Assembly: GCA_004322275.1 (NCBI GenBank)
Contig: SCTA01000040.1
Span: 6,138-70,137, forward strand
Reading direction: 5' to 3'
Length of the DNA: 64,000 nucleotides
Origin: a bacterium
Lineage (GTDB): Bacteria > Desulfobacterota > Deferrisomatia > Deferrisomatales > BM512
The notes under the pieces are model-generated. The model was not told where the DNA came from, did not search any database, and saw only the letters and a program-made list of their open reading frames with translations. Both the position numbers and the translations under genes were made by a program. Below, piece by piece: positions 25,524 to 33,796 of the stretch (positions are counted from its first letter, which is position 1; each line of letters opens with the position of its first letter).

Positions 25524-27923
25524 ATGAAGAACCCTGTGCAGCAGGATTTGCTAAGGAAGAAGGTACCGCCCGATTCCTTCGGTTTTGAAACTACCGCGGA
25601 ACTCCCCCAGCTCTGGAAACCCCTCGGGCAAGACCGCGTGCTTTCCGCCCTCAATTTCGGCCTCGACGTAGAAAGCCACGGCTACAACGTCTTCCTCTTC
25701 GGCCCCCCCGGAGCCGGCAAGCAGACCACGGCTACCGGCGTCATAGAAGAATTCGCGAAAAAGGGTGCCGTTCCCGACGACTGGGTTTACGTCTTCAATT
25801 TTGAAGAAGAGGAAAAGCCCAGGGCCATAGCGCTGACTCCCGGACTCGGCGAGGAGTTCCGCGACGGCGTGGCGCACCTCGTTCAATGGCTGATCGAAGA
25901 GATACCCAAGGTCTTCCAGAACGAGCTGTACATAAAAGAAAAGGAAGAGGTCTTCAGGAAAAACCAGGAGGCCAAGAACGAGGCTTTCCAGTCTCTCGAA
26001 GAACTGGCCAACGTCCACAGCTTCATCGTACAGAGAAGCGCGGAGGGTCTGGCCCTCATTTACGGCAAGGACAACGAGCCTCTGAGCCCGGACGATTTCG
26101 AGAAACTCACGGACGAAGAAAAGGGGGTCATCCAGAGATCCCGCGACATATTGCAGGAGAAACTGCGCGAGACGATAAATCTCGTAAAAGAGATCGACCA
26201 GCAGATGCAGGAAAGCCTGAAAGAACTCGACAACCGCTACGCGATGTCCGCCGTCGGACAGGAGTTCTTTCTGCTCGAAGACAAATACAAAGGTTTCCCC
26301 CGCGTCATCCAGTACCTTCAGGCCCTGAAAAAGGACGTTCTCGAAAACATCGCCAGATTCCGGACCGACAGCCGCGACGGGCCGCCAATCCCCCTCCTCC
26401 CCTTCTTCCCCAGAGACGAGGGGCCGGGCGAACTGGTTAAGCGCTACAAGGTCAATCTTCTCGTCAACAACAAGGGGCTTGAACACGCTCCGGTCGTCTT
26501 TGAATCCAACCCCAACCATCACAACCTCCTCGGCAGGATGGAGTACAGGGCGCAGTACGGCACCTTTTTCACTGATTATACGCAGATAAAGGCCGGGGCC
26601 TTCCACCGCGCCAACGGCGGCTTTCTCGTCCTCAGCGCCCGCGAGGTCCTCCTTAATCCCTTCGCCTACGAGGCTATGAAGCGGATTTTAAAGGATCAGG
26701 AGATACGGATGGAGGAGATCGGCGAGCAGTACCGCCTCATCTCCACCACCACCCTCCGGCCCGAGCCGATTCCCATAAGGACCAAGGTCGTCCTCCTCGG
26801 AACGCAGTGGATATACTACCTCCTCCAGCAGTACGACGAGGATTTTCACAAGCTCTTCAAGGTCAAGGGCGAGTTCGTTAGCGAGATGGAGGACACCGAC
26901 GACAACAGGATGTGCTACGCCTACCTCGTAGCCAACCAGTGCGCCCGGGAAGGTCTCATCCACTTCAGCCGGAAGGCCGTAGCCTACTTCGTCGAAGAAG
27001 GTTTCCGCATGGCGGAACATCAGAAAAAACTGGCGACCCACTTTCTGGGTCTCTGCGACCTGGTGCGCGAAGCGAGCCACTGGGCCAAAATAGCCGGGCA
27101 GAGCGTCGTAGACGAGACGCACGTCAAAAAGGCACTCGACCAGATTAAATACCGCAGCGACTACCTTGAAAAACTCCTCGGCGAGATGATTACCGACGGC
27201 TCCATCCTCATCGACACCGAAGGTACGGTTGTAGGCCAGGTCAACGGCCTCTCCGTCTACGACATGGGAGACTACGCCTTCGGCAAGCCCTCAAGGGTGA
27301 CGGCGAGAGTCTTCCTCGGCAAGGAGGGCGTCATAAATATTGAGCGCGAATCCGAGCTGGGAGGCAGAATCCACAACAAAGGCGTGCTGATACTCCAGGG
27401 GTTCTTCGGTGCCAGGTACGCGCAGCGTGTACCGCCCACCTTCGGCGCAAGCATCTGCTTCGAGCAGTCCTACGGCGGCGTGGAGGGCGACAGCGCCTCC
27501 TCCACCGAACTTTACGCCCTGATCTCCGCCATCACCGACATCCCCCTCCGGCAGGATATAGCCGTCACGGGGTCGGTAAACCAGATGGGGCAGATACAGG
27601 CCATCGGCGGGGTAAACCTCAAAATCGAGGGATTCTTCAACACCTGCAAGGCTAAAGGGCTCACCGGAACGCAGGGGGTGATGATCCCGCAGGCCAACGT
27701 CCAGAACCTCATGCTTGACGAAGAGGTCGTAAAAGCCGTAAACGAAGGGAAGTTTCATATATACTCGGTCTCGACCGTGGACGAAGGGCTTGAGATACTC
27801 ACCGGCATGACCCCCGGCACCGCCAACGAATTCGGCGATTACCCCGAAGGAACGCTGAATGCGAGGGTGGTCTCCAGACTTGAGAGATTCGCGAACCAGT
27901 GGAAGAAGCTGCACACTGATTAA
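25524..27923 (+). CDS. Lon-like AAA+ protease (LonB/COG1067 type)
   Basis: Walker A GPPGAGKQT, a long helical insertion, and a C-terminal Lon proteolytic domain (GDSASSTELYAL with catalytic Ser, GGVNLKIEGF with Lys). Confidence 0.88.
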   Translation: MKNPVQQDLLRKKVPPDSFGFETTAELPQLWKPLGQDRVLSALNFGLDVESHGYNVFLFGPPGAGKQTTATGVIEEFAKKGAVPDDWVYVFNFEEEEKPRAIALTPGLGEEFRDGVAHLVQWLIEEIPKVFQNELYIKEKEEVFRKNQEAKNEAFQSLEELANVHSFIVQRSAEGLALIYGKDNEPLSPDDFEKLTDEEKGVIQRSRDILQEKLRETINLVKEIDQQMQESLKELDNRYAMSAVGQEFFLLEDKYKGFPRVIQYLQALKKDVLENIARFRTDSRDGPPIPLLPFFPRDEGPGELVKRYKVNLLVNNKGLEHAPVVFESNPNHHNLLGRMEYRAQYGTFFTDYTQIKAGAFHRANGGFLVLSAREVLLNPFAYEAMKRILKDQEIRMEEIGEQYRLISTTTLRPEPIPIRTKVVLLGTQWIYYLLQQYDEDFHKLFKVKGEFVSEMEDTDDNRMCYAYLVANQCAREGLIHFSRKAVAYFVEEGFRMAEHQKKLATHFLGLCDLVREASHWAKIAGQSVVDETHVKKALDQIKYRSDYLEKLLGEMITDGSILIDTEGTVVGQVNGLSVYDMGDYAFGKPSRVTARVFLGKEGVINIERESELGGRIHNKGVLILQGFFGARYAQRVPPTFGASICFEQSYGGVEGDSASSTELYALISAITDIPLRQDIAVTGSVNQMGQIQAIGGVNLKIEGFFNTCKAKGLTGTQGVMIPQANVQNLMLDEEVVKAVNEGKFHIYSVSTVDEGLEILTGMTPGTANEFGDYPEGTLNARVVSRLERFANQWKKLHTD

Positions 27924-27924
27924 A

Positions 27925-27988
27925 GTAGGGTGCGTTAGGCGAAGCCGTAACGCACCAGAGATTTGCTCGACGTTTTTTAACAGCCTCC
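27925..27988 (+). repeat. Composite intergenic repeat: palindromic hairpin module + right-terminal motif of subfamily A
   Basis: GTAGGGTGCGTTAGGCGAAGCCGTAACGCACC (hairpin 27930-27955) is followed by CTCGACGTTTTTTAACAGCCTCC. The latter matches the right end of the element at 41823-41845. Confidence 0.8.
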
Positions 27989-28010
27989 TTACCTTAAAAG
28001 AGGTTTTTAG

Positions 28011-28271
28011 ATGAAAAAGTGGTTAAACATCGGTTTTATCGCGCTTTGCGCCCTGATTTTGATAGTTCTCTGGAACGCGCCCCCCGAAACCACCAAGAAA
28101 ACGCCGAACGACAAGACCCACGAGAACCCCAGGCAGTTCGAGCGCTGCCCCTCATGCCACATCGAGGGAACCGAAGGCGCACCCAAAGTCCTTCCCGACC
28201 ACCTCAACAGGGAGGGGAAGCTGATGTTGGACCACGTTAAATGTTATATGTGCCACAAGGAGAAGAAGTAA
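28011..28271 (+). CDS. Small membrane-anchored diheme c-type cytochrome
   Basis: 86 aa with an N-terminal TM helix and two CXXCH sites (CPSCH, CYMCH). An AAAGAGG Shine-Dalgarno lies upstream. Confidence 0.75.
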   Translation: MKKWLNIGFIALCALILIVLWNAPPETTKKTPNDKTHENPRQFERCPSCHIEGTEGAPKVLPDHLNREGKLMLDHVKCYMCHKEKK

Positions 28272-28319
28272 CTCTTTGTCCAGCGCATCCTTTACGCCCC
28301 CGGCGTGTCACTTGCCTGA

Positions 28320-28452
28320 CGGCTTCGGCTTTTGCCGCGGGGCGAAGCCTGCCCTCGGAATCTTTTACCGGGGGTCGCTACTCGCTCGCGCTCCTCGACG
28401 TAGTCACGCTACTATCTTCGTCGCGCTCACTGCGGGCTCCTCGCCCGGCGAC
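28320..28452 (+). repeat. Intergenic repeat, subfamily B copy
   Basis: It shares CGGCTTC..GGCGAAG..CGCGCTCCTCG.CGTA....TAC....TCGTCGCGC....CTGCGG.CTCCT.GCCC with 44350-44454 (reverse complement; by my by-eye count about three quarters of the right ~60 nt match) and more loosely with 53406-53506. Confidence 0.6.
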
Positions 28453-28546
28453 AAAATCCTGTGCCGTATTTAAAAGCGGGTCTCTGCAATTGCGCCGGAT
28501 TACCGTCATTTCCACAAAATAATCCGGCTTGGGCAAGCTCTCAGAC

Positions 28547-28630
28547 CGTGGGGTGTGTTAGCCGCGAAGCGGCGTAACGCACCGAAACTTTAGCGAAGCA
28601 GGTCGCTGCGCGGGCCTTGCATTTGGGGCT
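28547..28630 (+). repeat. Palindromic hairpin module + right-arm-like segment
   Basis: CGTGGGGTGTGTTAGCCGCGAAGCGGCGTAACGCACCGAAA (hairpin variant) is followed by GTCGCTGCGCGGGCCTTGCATTTGGGGCT. The latter resembles CTCGCTGCGCGTCTCCTTGAAACCGGGGCT of subfamily A. Confidence 0.65.
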
Positions 28631-28666
28631 ATTCCGGTGCAGGTTTGAACCCAACCGTAGGGTGTT

Positions 28667-29512
28667 TCATCTGCAAAGCGGTCTTTTCCCGATTGCGTAC
28701 GAAACTTTCACATCAAGCCATATCCCTTCACCTGTCGAGAGTTCCTGTATCTCCTTCAAATGTTCTTTCTTAAACTCCTCCAGATCATCAGGAGTAAGCT
28801 CCTTCAAGAGTCTGCGGAGGCCCGCATTCCATACAACATCCCACCATTGTCCGGCATCGGCGAGATGATAGCCAAGGTCTTTAACATCGACGCGGATATC
28901 GGCCAGCCCGGCATTTTCAAAAAGTGAAATGCATTCCTCAGGGGTTGAGAGGCGCCGCAACGCCGAGGGAGTCTCAACGCCGTATTTACCGATTCGCTCA
29001 GAGAACATATCCACCAGCGGAGAAAAAGTCCCTTCGCAAAAGTTCGTCACAATCACCTTTCCGCCCGGCTTCACCTTTGAAAGGATATGACAAAGCAGTT
29101 GCTCCATGTCTTCTACGAAGAAGATGCTGAATGAAAATACCGCAGCATCGAAAAAACAGTCCGGGAAATAGAGGGCCTGCATGTCCATGGGGATCAGAGT
29201 GATATTACGTAGGCCTCTATCCCTGATCTTGGCTTTTGCGCGCGCGAGCATCCCCTCTGAAAAATCGATTCCCGTAACGTGGCCCCCCGGCAAGGCTCCA
29301 GCAAGCGCTATCGCGGCGTTGCCGGTGCCGGTCGCGACATCAAGCACATTTTCATTGCCATCGAGGTCCATGAATTCCGGAATATATTTCGCGCTCTCGG
29401 AGAAATAGCGCAGAGCGGGATTGTCATATCCTTCAGCCACGTCGTCAAACGTCTCTCTGAGCTTCTCTTTTACTTCTTTCTCACTAGCGGGGTCGTTCAT
29501 TCTCTTCTCCAA
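28667..29512 (-). CDS. Class I SAM-dependent methyltransferase
   Basis: SAM-binding motif I VLDVATGTGNAAIALA and a post-I acidic residue (GIDFS). The 3' half of the gene is visibly lower in G+C (two lines counted: 47% and 40%). Confidence 0.88.
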   Translation of the reverse strand: MEKRMNDPASEKEVKEKLRETFDDVAEGYDNPALRYFSESAKYIPEFMDLDGNENVLDVATGTGNAAIALAGALPGGHVTGIDFSEGMLARAKAKIRDRGLRNITLIPMDMQALYFPDCFFDAAVFSFSIFFVEDMEQLLCHILSKVKPGGKVIVTNFCEGTFSPLVDMFSERIGKYGVETPSALRRLSTPEECISLFENAGLADIRVDVKDLGYHLADAGQWWDVVWNAGLRRLLKELTPDDLEEFKKEHLKEIQELSTGEGIWLDVKVSYAIGKRPLCR

Positions 29513-29533
29513 GCCTGGTCGGATTGAGGATAT

Positions 29534-29570
29534 TATCGGTGCGTTACGGCTTCGCCTAACGCAACCTACG
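29534..29570 (-). repeat. Palindromic hairpin module, inverted copy
   Basis: Its reverse complement CGTAGGTTGCGTTAGGCGAAGCCGTAACGCACCGATA is nearly identical to 27925-27956 and related to 28547-28586. Confidence 0.8.
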
Positions 29571-29602
29571 TTTACTCCGCTTTCGCGGGAGCGACGATCA
29601 AA

Positions 29603-30931
29603 TCAAGAACCTTTGCCCTCCAGAAACTCCAGCGTAGTCAGCGGCGCGCCGAACTCTTCCTTCGGCCGGTTGAAGTAACCTATGTCCAGCTTCGGGAACT
29701 CACGTTTGAGTTTCAGGGCCGCGTTCTTTATCCCTATCGCTCCCTTCGCCTCCTTGATGTCTTTCGGGAGGTTTTCGAGGTAAAGCCTCGGGTCGATGGA
29801 CATATTGCGGAAGTGAACCATCTGGAGTCCGGTCGAATTCACAAGCTCGAAGAGGGCGTCCATTTCCTCCGGCAGGTCGGTGACGCCGGGGAAGATAAGG
29901 TAATTGAGCGCGGTGTAAAGCCCCTCTTTGACCGAAAGCTCAAGCGACCTTCTCACGTCGGAGAAGCGGTAGGTGCGCGGCCTGTAGTAGGCGTTGTAGG
30001 CGGTTTCCCGCGCGGAGTTCGCGGAAATCCTCACCGAATCGAGCCCGGCGCGGGCGACTTTAAGAAGCTCCTCCGGCAGACTCCCGTTGGTGTTGAGATG
30101 AACAGTTCCCTTTTGCGTTCTGGCGCGAAAATCCTTTACGGCGCTCTCCAGCAGGTTTCCGCCGAGGAGAGGTTCTCCCTCGCACCCCTGGCCGAAGCTG
30201 ACTACCCCCCTCTCGACCCCTTCGAGGTGCTCGACGGCGACCTCGGAAAGCTCTTCGACGGTGGGGGTGAACTCTATCCGCTCCTGAGAGGCGGGGCAGC
30301 AGTCGGAGGGCTGGAGGCTGATGCAGCCGACGCAGGCGGCGTTGCAGGCCATCGCCGTCGGGAGCGGCGCTTCCCACCGCTGCATGAAAAAGTTCTTCGC
30401 GGCGAAGCAGTGGTATTCGAGTGCGCAGCGGGAAAGGTGCGTGATAAGGCGGTTTTGCGGTGATTTTTTAATCCGCTTTCTCACCCTCGGGGCGATCTCC
30501 CTGTCGTCGTAGTGGCAGGTCTCGGAATGGGTCATCGGATCGACGCGGAAGGCCGCCGCGACCATCTTCCCCTCCCGCCAGCCAACCGCCGCGTACGCCC
30601 AGAGCGGGAGGTAGGAGTGGCAGCCGTAGTCCGGCGCGCCGCCGGGGTAACTTGCCGCCGGAAGTAACGTCCTCGCGTACCCGGCCTGCAGCATGGCGGT
30701 TACGCCCCTCATGTTCTTCAAAACCTTCGGCTTTTGCGCGGCCTCGTCCCATCCCACGGCCTGCGAGCCGGGTAGGAAGAAGACTTTCGTACCCTCCGGC
30801 AGAGGGATAAGCTCCTCCTCGTCTACCCTCACCCACGAAGCGCCGGATTGTCCCGTCATCGAAAGCTCGTGATGGTCGTAGATATTCCCGCCGTTGTCGC
30901 AGACCAGAAGTTTCGCACTTTCTCTCTTCAT
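29603..30931 (-). CDS. Radical SAM enzyme with ~200-aa N-terminal extension
   Basis: CNAACVGC (CX3CX2C) occurs about 205 aa into the protein, and no SPASM-type C-terminal Cys cluster is present. The track ORF is trimmed to the ATG at 30931 (MKRESAKLLVCDNGG), which overlaps the rhomboid TGA (ATGA). The upstream part of the 658-aa track ORF lies out of frame over the rhomboid gene. Confidence 0.8.
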   Translation of the reverse strand: MKRESAKLLVCDNGGNIYDHHELSMTGQSGASWVRVDEEELIPLPEGTKVFFLPGSQAVGWDEAAQKPKVLKNMRGVTAMLQAGYARTLLPAASYPGGAPDYGCHSYLPLWAYAAVGWREGKMVAAAFRVDPMTHSETCHYDDREIAPRVRKRIKKSPQNRLITHLSRCALEYHCFAAKNFFMQRWEAPLPTAMACNAACVGCISLQPSDCCPASQERIEFTPTVEELSEVAVEHLEGVERGVVSFGQGCEGEPLLGGNLLESAVKDFRARTQKGTVHLNTNGSLPEELLKVARAGLDSVRISANSARETAYNAYYRPRTYRFSDVRRSLELSVKEGLYTALNYLIFPGVTDLPEEMDALFELVNSTGLQMVHFRNMSIDPRLYLENLPKDIKEAKGAIGIKNAALKLKREFPKLDIGYFNRPKEEFGAPLTTLEFLEGKGS

Positions 30932-31620
30932 CGTACCGAAGAACCCTTTTCGCCCCTGAAAATGTAATAGGCCGCAGCCCCCGCGACGAACCCGCCGATG
31001 TGCGCCATCCACGCGACGTTCCCGGCGACCCCTCCCGCGCCCTGTATGAGCTGGAGAAAGAACCATATCCCCAGAAAGACCACTGCGGGAAGCTCTATGA
31101 ACTGGAAAAAGAAGAAGATCGGCACGAGGGTGAGCACCCTCGCTTTCGGGAATTTGAGCATGTACGCCCCGAGAACGCCCGCTATGGCCCCCGAAGCCCC
31201 GACGGTGGGTAGGGTAGAGGTGAAGTTGAAGGCGAGATGTATGAGCCCCGCGAAAAGCCCCCAGACCAGATAGCAGGCGAGGAACCTGACCGTGCCGAGC
31301 CACTCCTCCACGTTGTCGCCGAAGATCCAGAGCATCCACATATTCCCCAGCAAGTGAAAAAATCCCCCGTGGATAAAGATGGAAGAGAAAAAGGGAAGCG
31401 ACTGCTCCCAGAGGGTGAAACGGGCGGAAAGTGACGGGTCGGAATAGCGTATGGGCAGGATGCCGAACTTGTTGAAAAAGGCGTAGGTTTCCTCGGTGGG
31501 TATGCGGGAGAGCACCCCCGCCTGTATCTCGATTATAAAAACGAAGACGTTCAGGACGATTATGAGATACACCCCCCAAGGGGTGGTTCTCGTCGGGTTA
31601 AGGTCGCGTATGGGGAACAA
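30928..31620 (-). CDS. Rhomboid-family intramembrane serine protease
   Basis: Six or more TM helices, with HGGFFHLLGNMW, a catalytic GASGAIAGVLGA and a catalytic-His region WMAHIGGFVAG. Confidence 0.9.
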   Translation of the reverse strand: MFPIRDLNPTRTTPWGVYLIIVLNVFVFIIEIQAGVLSRIPTEETYAFFNKFGILPIRYSDPSLSARFTLWEQSLPFFSSIFIHGGFFHLLGNMWMLWIFGDNVEEWLGTVRFLACYLVWGLFAGLIHLAFNFTSTLPTVGASGAIAGVLGAYMLKFPKARVLTLVPIFFFFQFIELPAVVFLGIWFFLQLIQGAGGVAGNVAWMAHIGGFVAGAAAYYIFRGEKGSSVR

Positions 31621-31629
31621 AAACCACCG

Positions 31630-32799
31630 TTAAACCAGTGCGCGCACGGCGCTGTCGATGCCGGACACGGTAAGCGGATACATGGGAAAGATTCTGCCGA
31701 TGGTCTCGATGGTTCTGTGTCCGGCCCACTCGGCTTCCGCGACGGGATTTAGCCACGCGCGCTTGGGGAAAGCCCTCGCGAGGCTTTTCAGCCGGTCTAT
31801 CCCCTTTATCATCGAGACGCGCTTTCTCTCCATAAAACCGTTGGGAATCATAAGCTCGAAGGGGGCCATCACCGCGTCGCCGACGACGATGAGCCTGTAA
31901 TCCCCTCCCCTCGTCTGCCGAAGAAAGTCCTCCACCTCCACGAACTCGCCCTTCTCCACGTCGGTGTAGAGATTATCATAGATGCAGTTGTGAAAGTAGA
32001 AGGGGCGAAACTCCTTGAAATGGTTGATCGAATTGGCGGCCGAGAAGAGCTTCTCCGAAAGCACCCTGAAGGGCTCCATCGACCCGCCCGTATCCATAGC
32101 CAGCACCAGCCGTGTCTGGTTCTCCCTCTCCCTGCCGAAGACCAGCTCAATCTCCCCGCCCTCTCTCGCGGTGCGGTCGATAGTCTCGTCGATGGAGAGG
32201 GTTTCCGCCCCCTCGCTCCGCAGCGCCCGAAGGCGCTTGAGGGCGACGCCGATGCGCCTCGTGTCGAGGGTTCTGTCGCCGCGAAGGTTCCTGTAATCCC
32301 TCCTGACGGCCCTAAGGAGCGCTCCCCCGCCGTCCCCCTCCTCGTCGAAGGTCACACCGGCGGGGTTCTTGCCGTCCTGCCCGTAAGGGCTCGTTCCCCG
32401 CGTTCCGACGAAGTGATCGCCGCAGCAGTGAGTCGCCCCTTTCTGCTCACGCAGAATCTTCTCCATCGCTCCCCAAAGCTCGCCGGGGCTCAGACTGCTA
32501 AGATAATCGAGTTCGTCGCGGCCAAGTTCAGGCGGCGTAGCGGAGGATTTCAGCCAGAGGAGAATGTCGTCCAGGTCATAGGTGGCGGCGTCAGCTCCAC
32601 GGAAGACGGCGGCGAAGACCTGGTCGAAGGAGTCGTAATCCTCGACGTTCTTTACAAGGAGCGAGCGCGAGAGGGCGTAAAAGCCGTCGAGGGTGTGGCC
32701 GTGAAGCCCCCGTTTAAGCGCCTCCAGCAGGGTAAGCCACTCGGTCGGCGTGACTTTAACTCCGTAGGAGCGAAGGGCGAAGAAAAAGGCTGTCAGCAA
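31630..32799 (-). CDS. VWA-domain protein, CoxE-like
   Basis: CoxE-type N-terminus (LLTAFFFALRSYGVKVTPTEWLTLLEAL). The VWA core has a variant MIDAS (LAMDTGGSM). The start is uncertain: an in-frame TTG at 32799 lies 5 nt after the MoxR stop, and the longer track ORF start would overlap MoxR by 134 nt. Confidence 0.78.
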   Translation of the reverse strand: MLTAFFFALRSYGVKVTPTEWLTLLEALKRGLHGHTLDGFYALSRSLLVKNVEDYDSFDQVFAAVFRGADAATYDLDDILLWLKSSATPPELGRDELDYLSSLSPGELWGAMEKILREQKGATHCCGDHFVGTRGTSPYGQDGKNPAGVTFDEEGDGGGALLRAVRRDYRNLRGDRTLDTRRIGVALKRLRALRSEGAETLSIDETIDRTAREGGEIELVFGRERENQTRLVLAMDTGGSMEPFRVLSEKLFSAANSINHFKEFRPFYFHNCIYDNLYTDVEKGEFVEVEDFLRQTRGGDYRLIVVGDAVMAPFELMIPNGFMERKRVSMIKGIDRLKSLARAFPKRAWLNPVAEAEWAGHRTIETIGRIFPMYPLTVSGIDSAVRALV

Positions 32800-32803
32800 C
32801 TCC

Positions 32804-33640
32804 TCACCTTCCCGCCGGTTTCCTTGAAAGCGCCTCCGCGTCTTCCCGGTTCTTGAGCAGAGCCCCGAGAAAGGGGATGTTTTCAGGTTTTCCCGCGCCA
32901 TCAACGGGCAAGCCGGTGCCCGAAGCCCGCAGAACACGTATCCAGTCGATGAGTTCCGAGGTAGAGGGGGGTTTTCCTATGCCGGGAACCTCGCGGAGGC
33001 CGTAAAATATCTTAAGGGCGCTCTCAAGAAGCCCTTCTTCCAGCCCCGGGTGGTGTACCTCCACTATCTCGCGCATCTTTTTTTCGCCGGGAAAAGCTAT
33101 GAAGTGAAAGACGCACCTCCGAAGGAAGGCGTCGGGAAGCTCCTTTTCGCTGTTGGAGGTTATTATCGTCACCGGCCTTTGCTTCGCCGTGACCTTCTCC
33201 CCGGTCTCGATTACCTCGAAGCTCATCTCGTCCAGTTCGGAAAGGAGGTCGTTGGGAAACTCGATATCGGCCTTGTCTATCTCGTCGATGAGAAGGACCG
33301 TCCGCTCCGTGGCCGAAAAAGCCCTTCCGAGGGGGCCGGGTTTGATGTACCTGCCGATATCCCGCACGTCGCCCTCGCCGAAGCGGGCGTCGTTCAGGCG
33401 CGAAACCGTGTCATAGGTGTAAAGGCCGTCTCTCGCCTTCGTGGTCGATTTGACGTTCCAGACAATTATCGGCAGCCCCAGGGCGCGGGCTATGTGGTGC
33501 GCCAGAAGGGTCTTGCCGGTGCCGGGCTCCCCTTTCACCAGCAGCGGTCTTTCGAGCTCCAGAGCGACGTTCACGACGCTCATCAGTTCGTCGGTTACAA
33601 CGTAGCTCTCGGTACCTTTGAACCTGTGAAAATTTTTCAT
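32804..33640 (-). CDS. MoxR/CoxD-like AAA+ ATPase
   Basis: Walker A VKGEPGTGKT, Walker B VLLIDEIDKAD, and sensor/arginine region LPDAFLRRC. It is trimmed to the ATG at 33640, which is preceded by a GGGGAGGA Shine-Dalgarno. Confidence 0.9.
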   Translation of the reverse strand: MKNFHRFKGTESYVVTDELMSVVNVALELERPLLVKGEPGTGKTLLAHHIARALGLPIIVWNVKSTTKARDGLYTYDTVSRLNDARFGEGDVRDIGRYIKPGPLGRAFSATERTVLLIDEIDKADIEFPNDLLSELDEMSFEVIETGEKVTAKQRPVTIITSNSEKELPDAFLRRCVFHFIAFPGEKKMREIVEVHHPGLEEGLLESALKIFYGLREVPGIGKPPSTSELIDWIRVLRASGTGLPVDGAGKPENIPFLGALLKNREDAEALSRKPAGR

Positions 33641-33744
33641 GGTCCTCCCCTGCGCGCGCTTGAGCGTTACAGTACGAATATAGAATAAATTCAAGATTGC
33701 GGCGCAAAATAATTTGCAGGCGGGAGGAGATTGAGGAGGGACGG

Positions 33745-33785
33745 GGGGCTGCGTCAAAGGCCGCAGCCCCTTCCCTTTTTATTTG
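33745..33785. terminator. GC-rich hairpin between the cytochrome cluster and the MoxR operon
   Basis: GGGGCTGCG-loop-CGCAGCCCC (33745-33770). The T-run follows on the plus strand only and an A-run precedes on the minus strand, so its role as a minus-strand terminator is ambiguous. Confidence 0.35.
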
Positions 33786-33796
33786 CGGGTTATTTT

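Noticed and set aside
28241-28522. Track ORFs of 93 aa and 65 aa lie in the 395-bp gap after the diheme cytochrome gene. A 79-aa ORF (9488..9727) lies over repeat copy 1.
   Set aside because: They coincide with repeat elements found in non-coding contexts elsewhere. They have no Shine-Dalgarno or recognisable features, and their sequences are not conserved between repeat copies in a codon-like pattern.
33745-33785. I considered the hairpin between the cytochrome cluster and the MoxR operon as a definite intrinsic terminator.
   Set aside because: The U-tract follows the stem only in the plus-strand orientation, where no gene reads into it. On the minus strand the stem is followed by CCGTCCC. 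I therefore report it only as a low-confidence, strand-ambiguous element.
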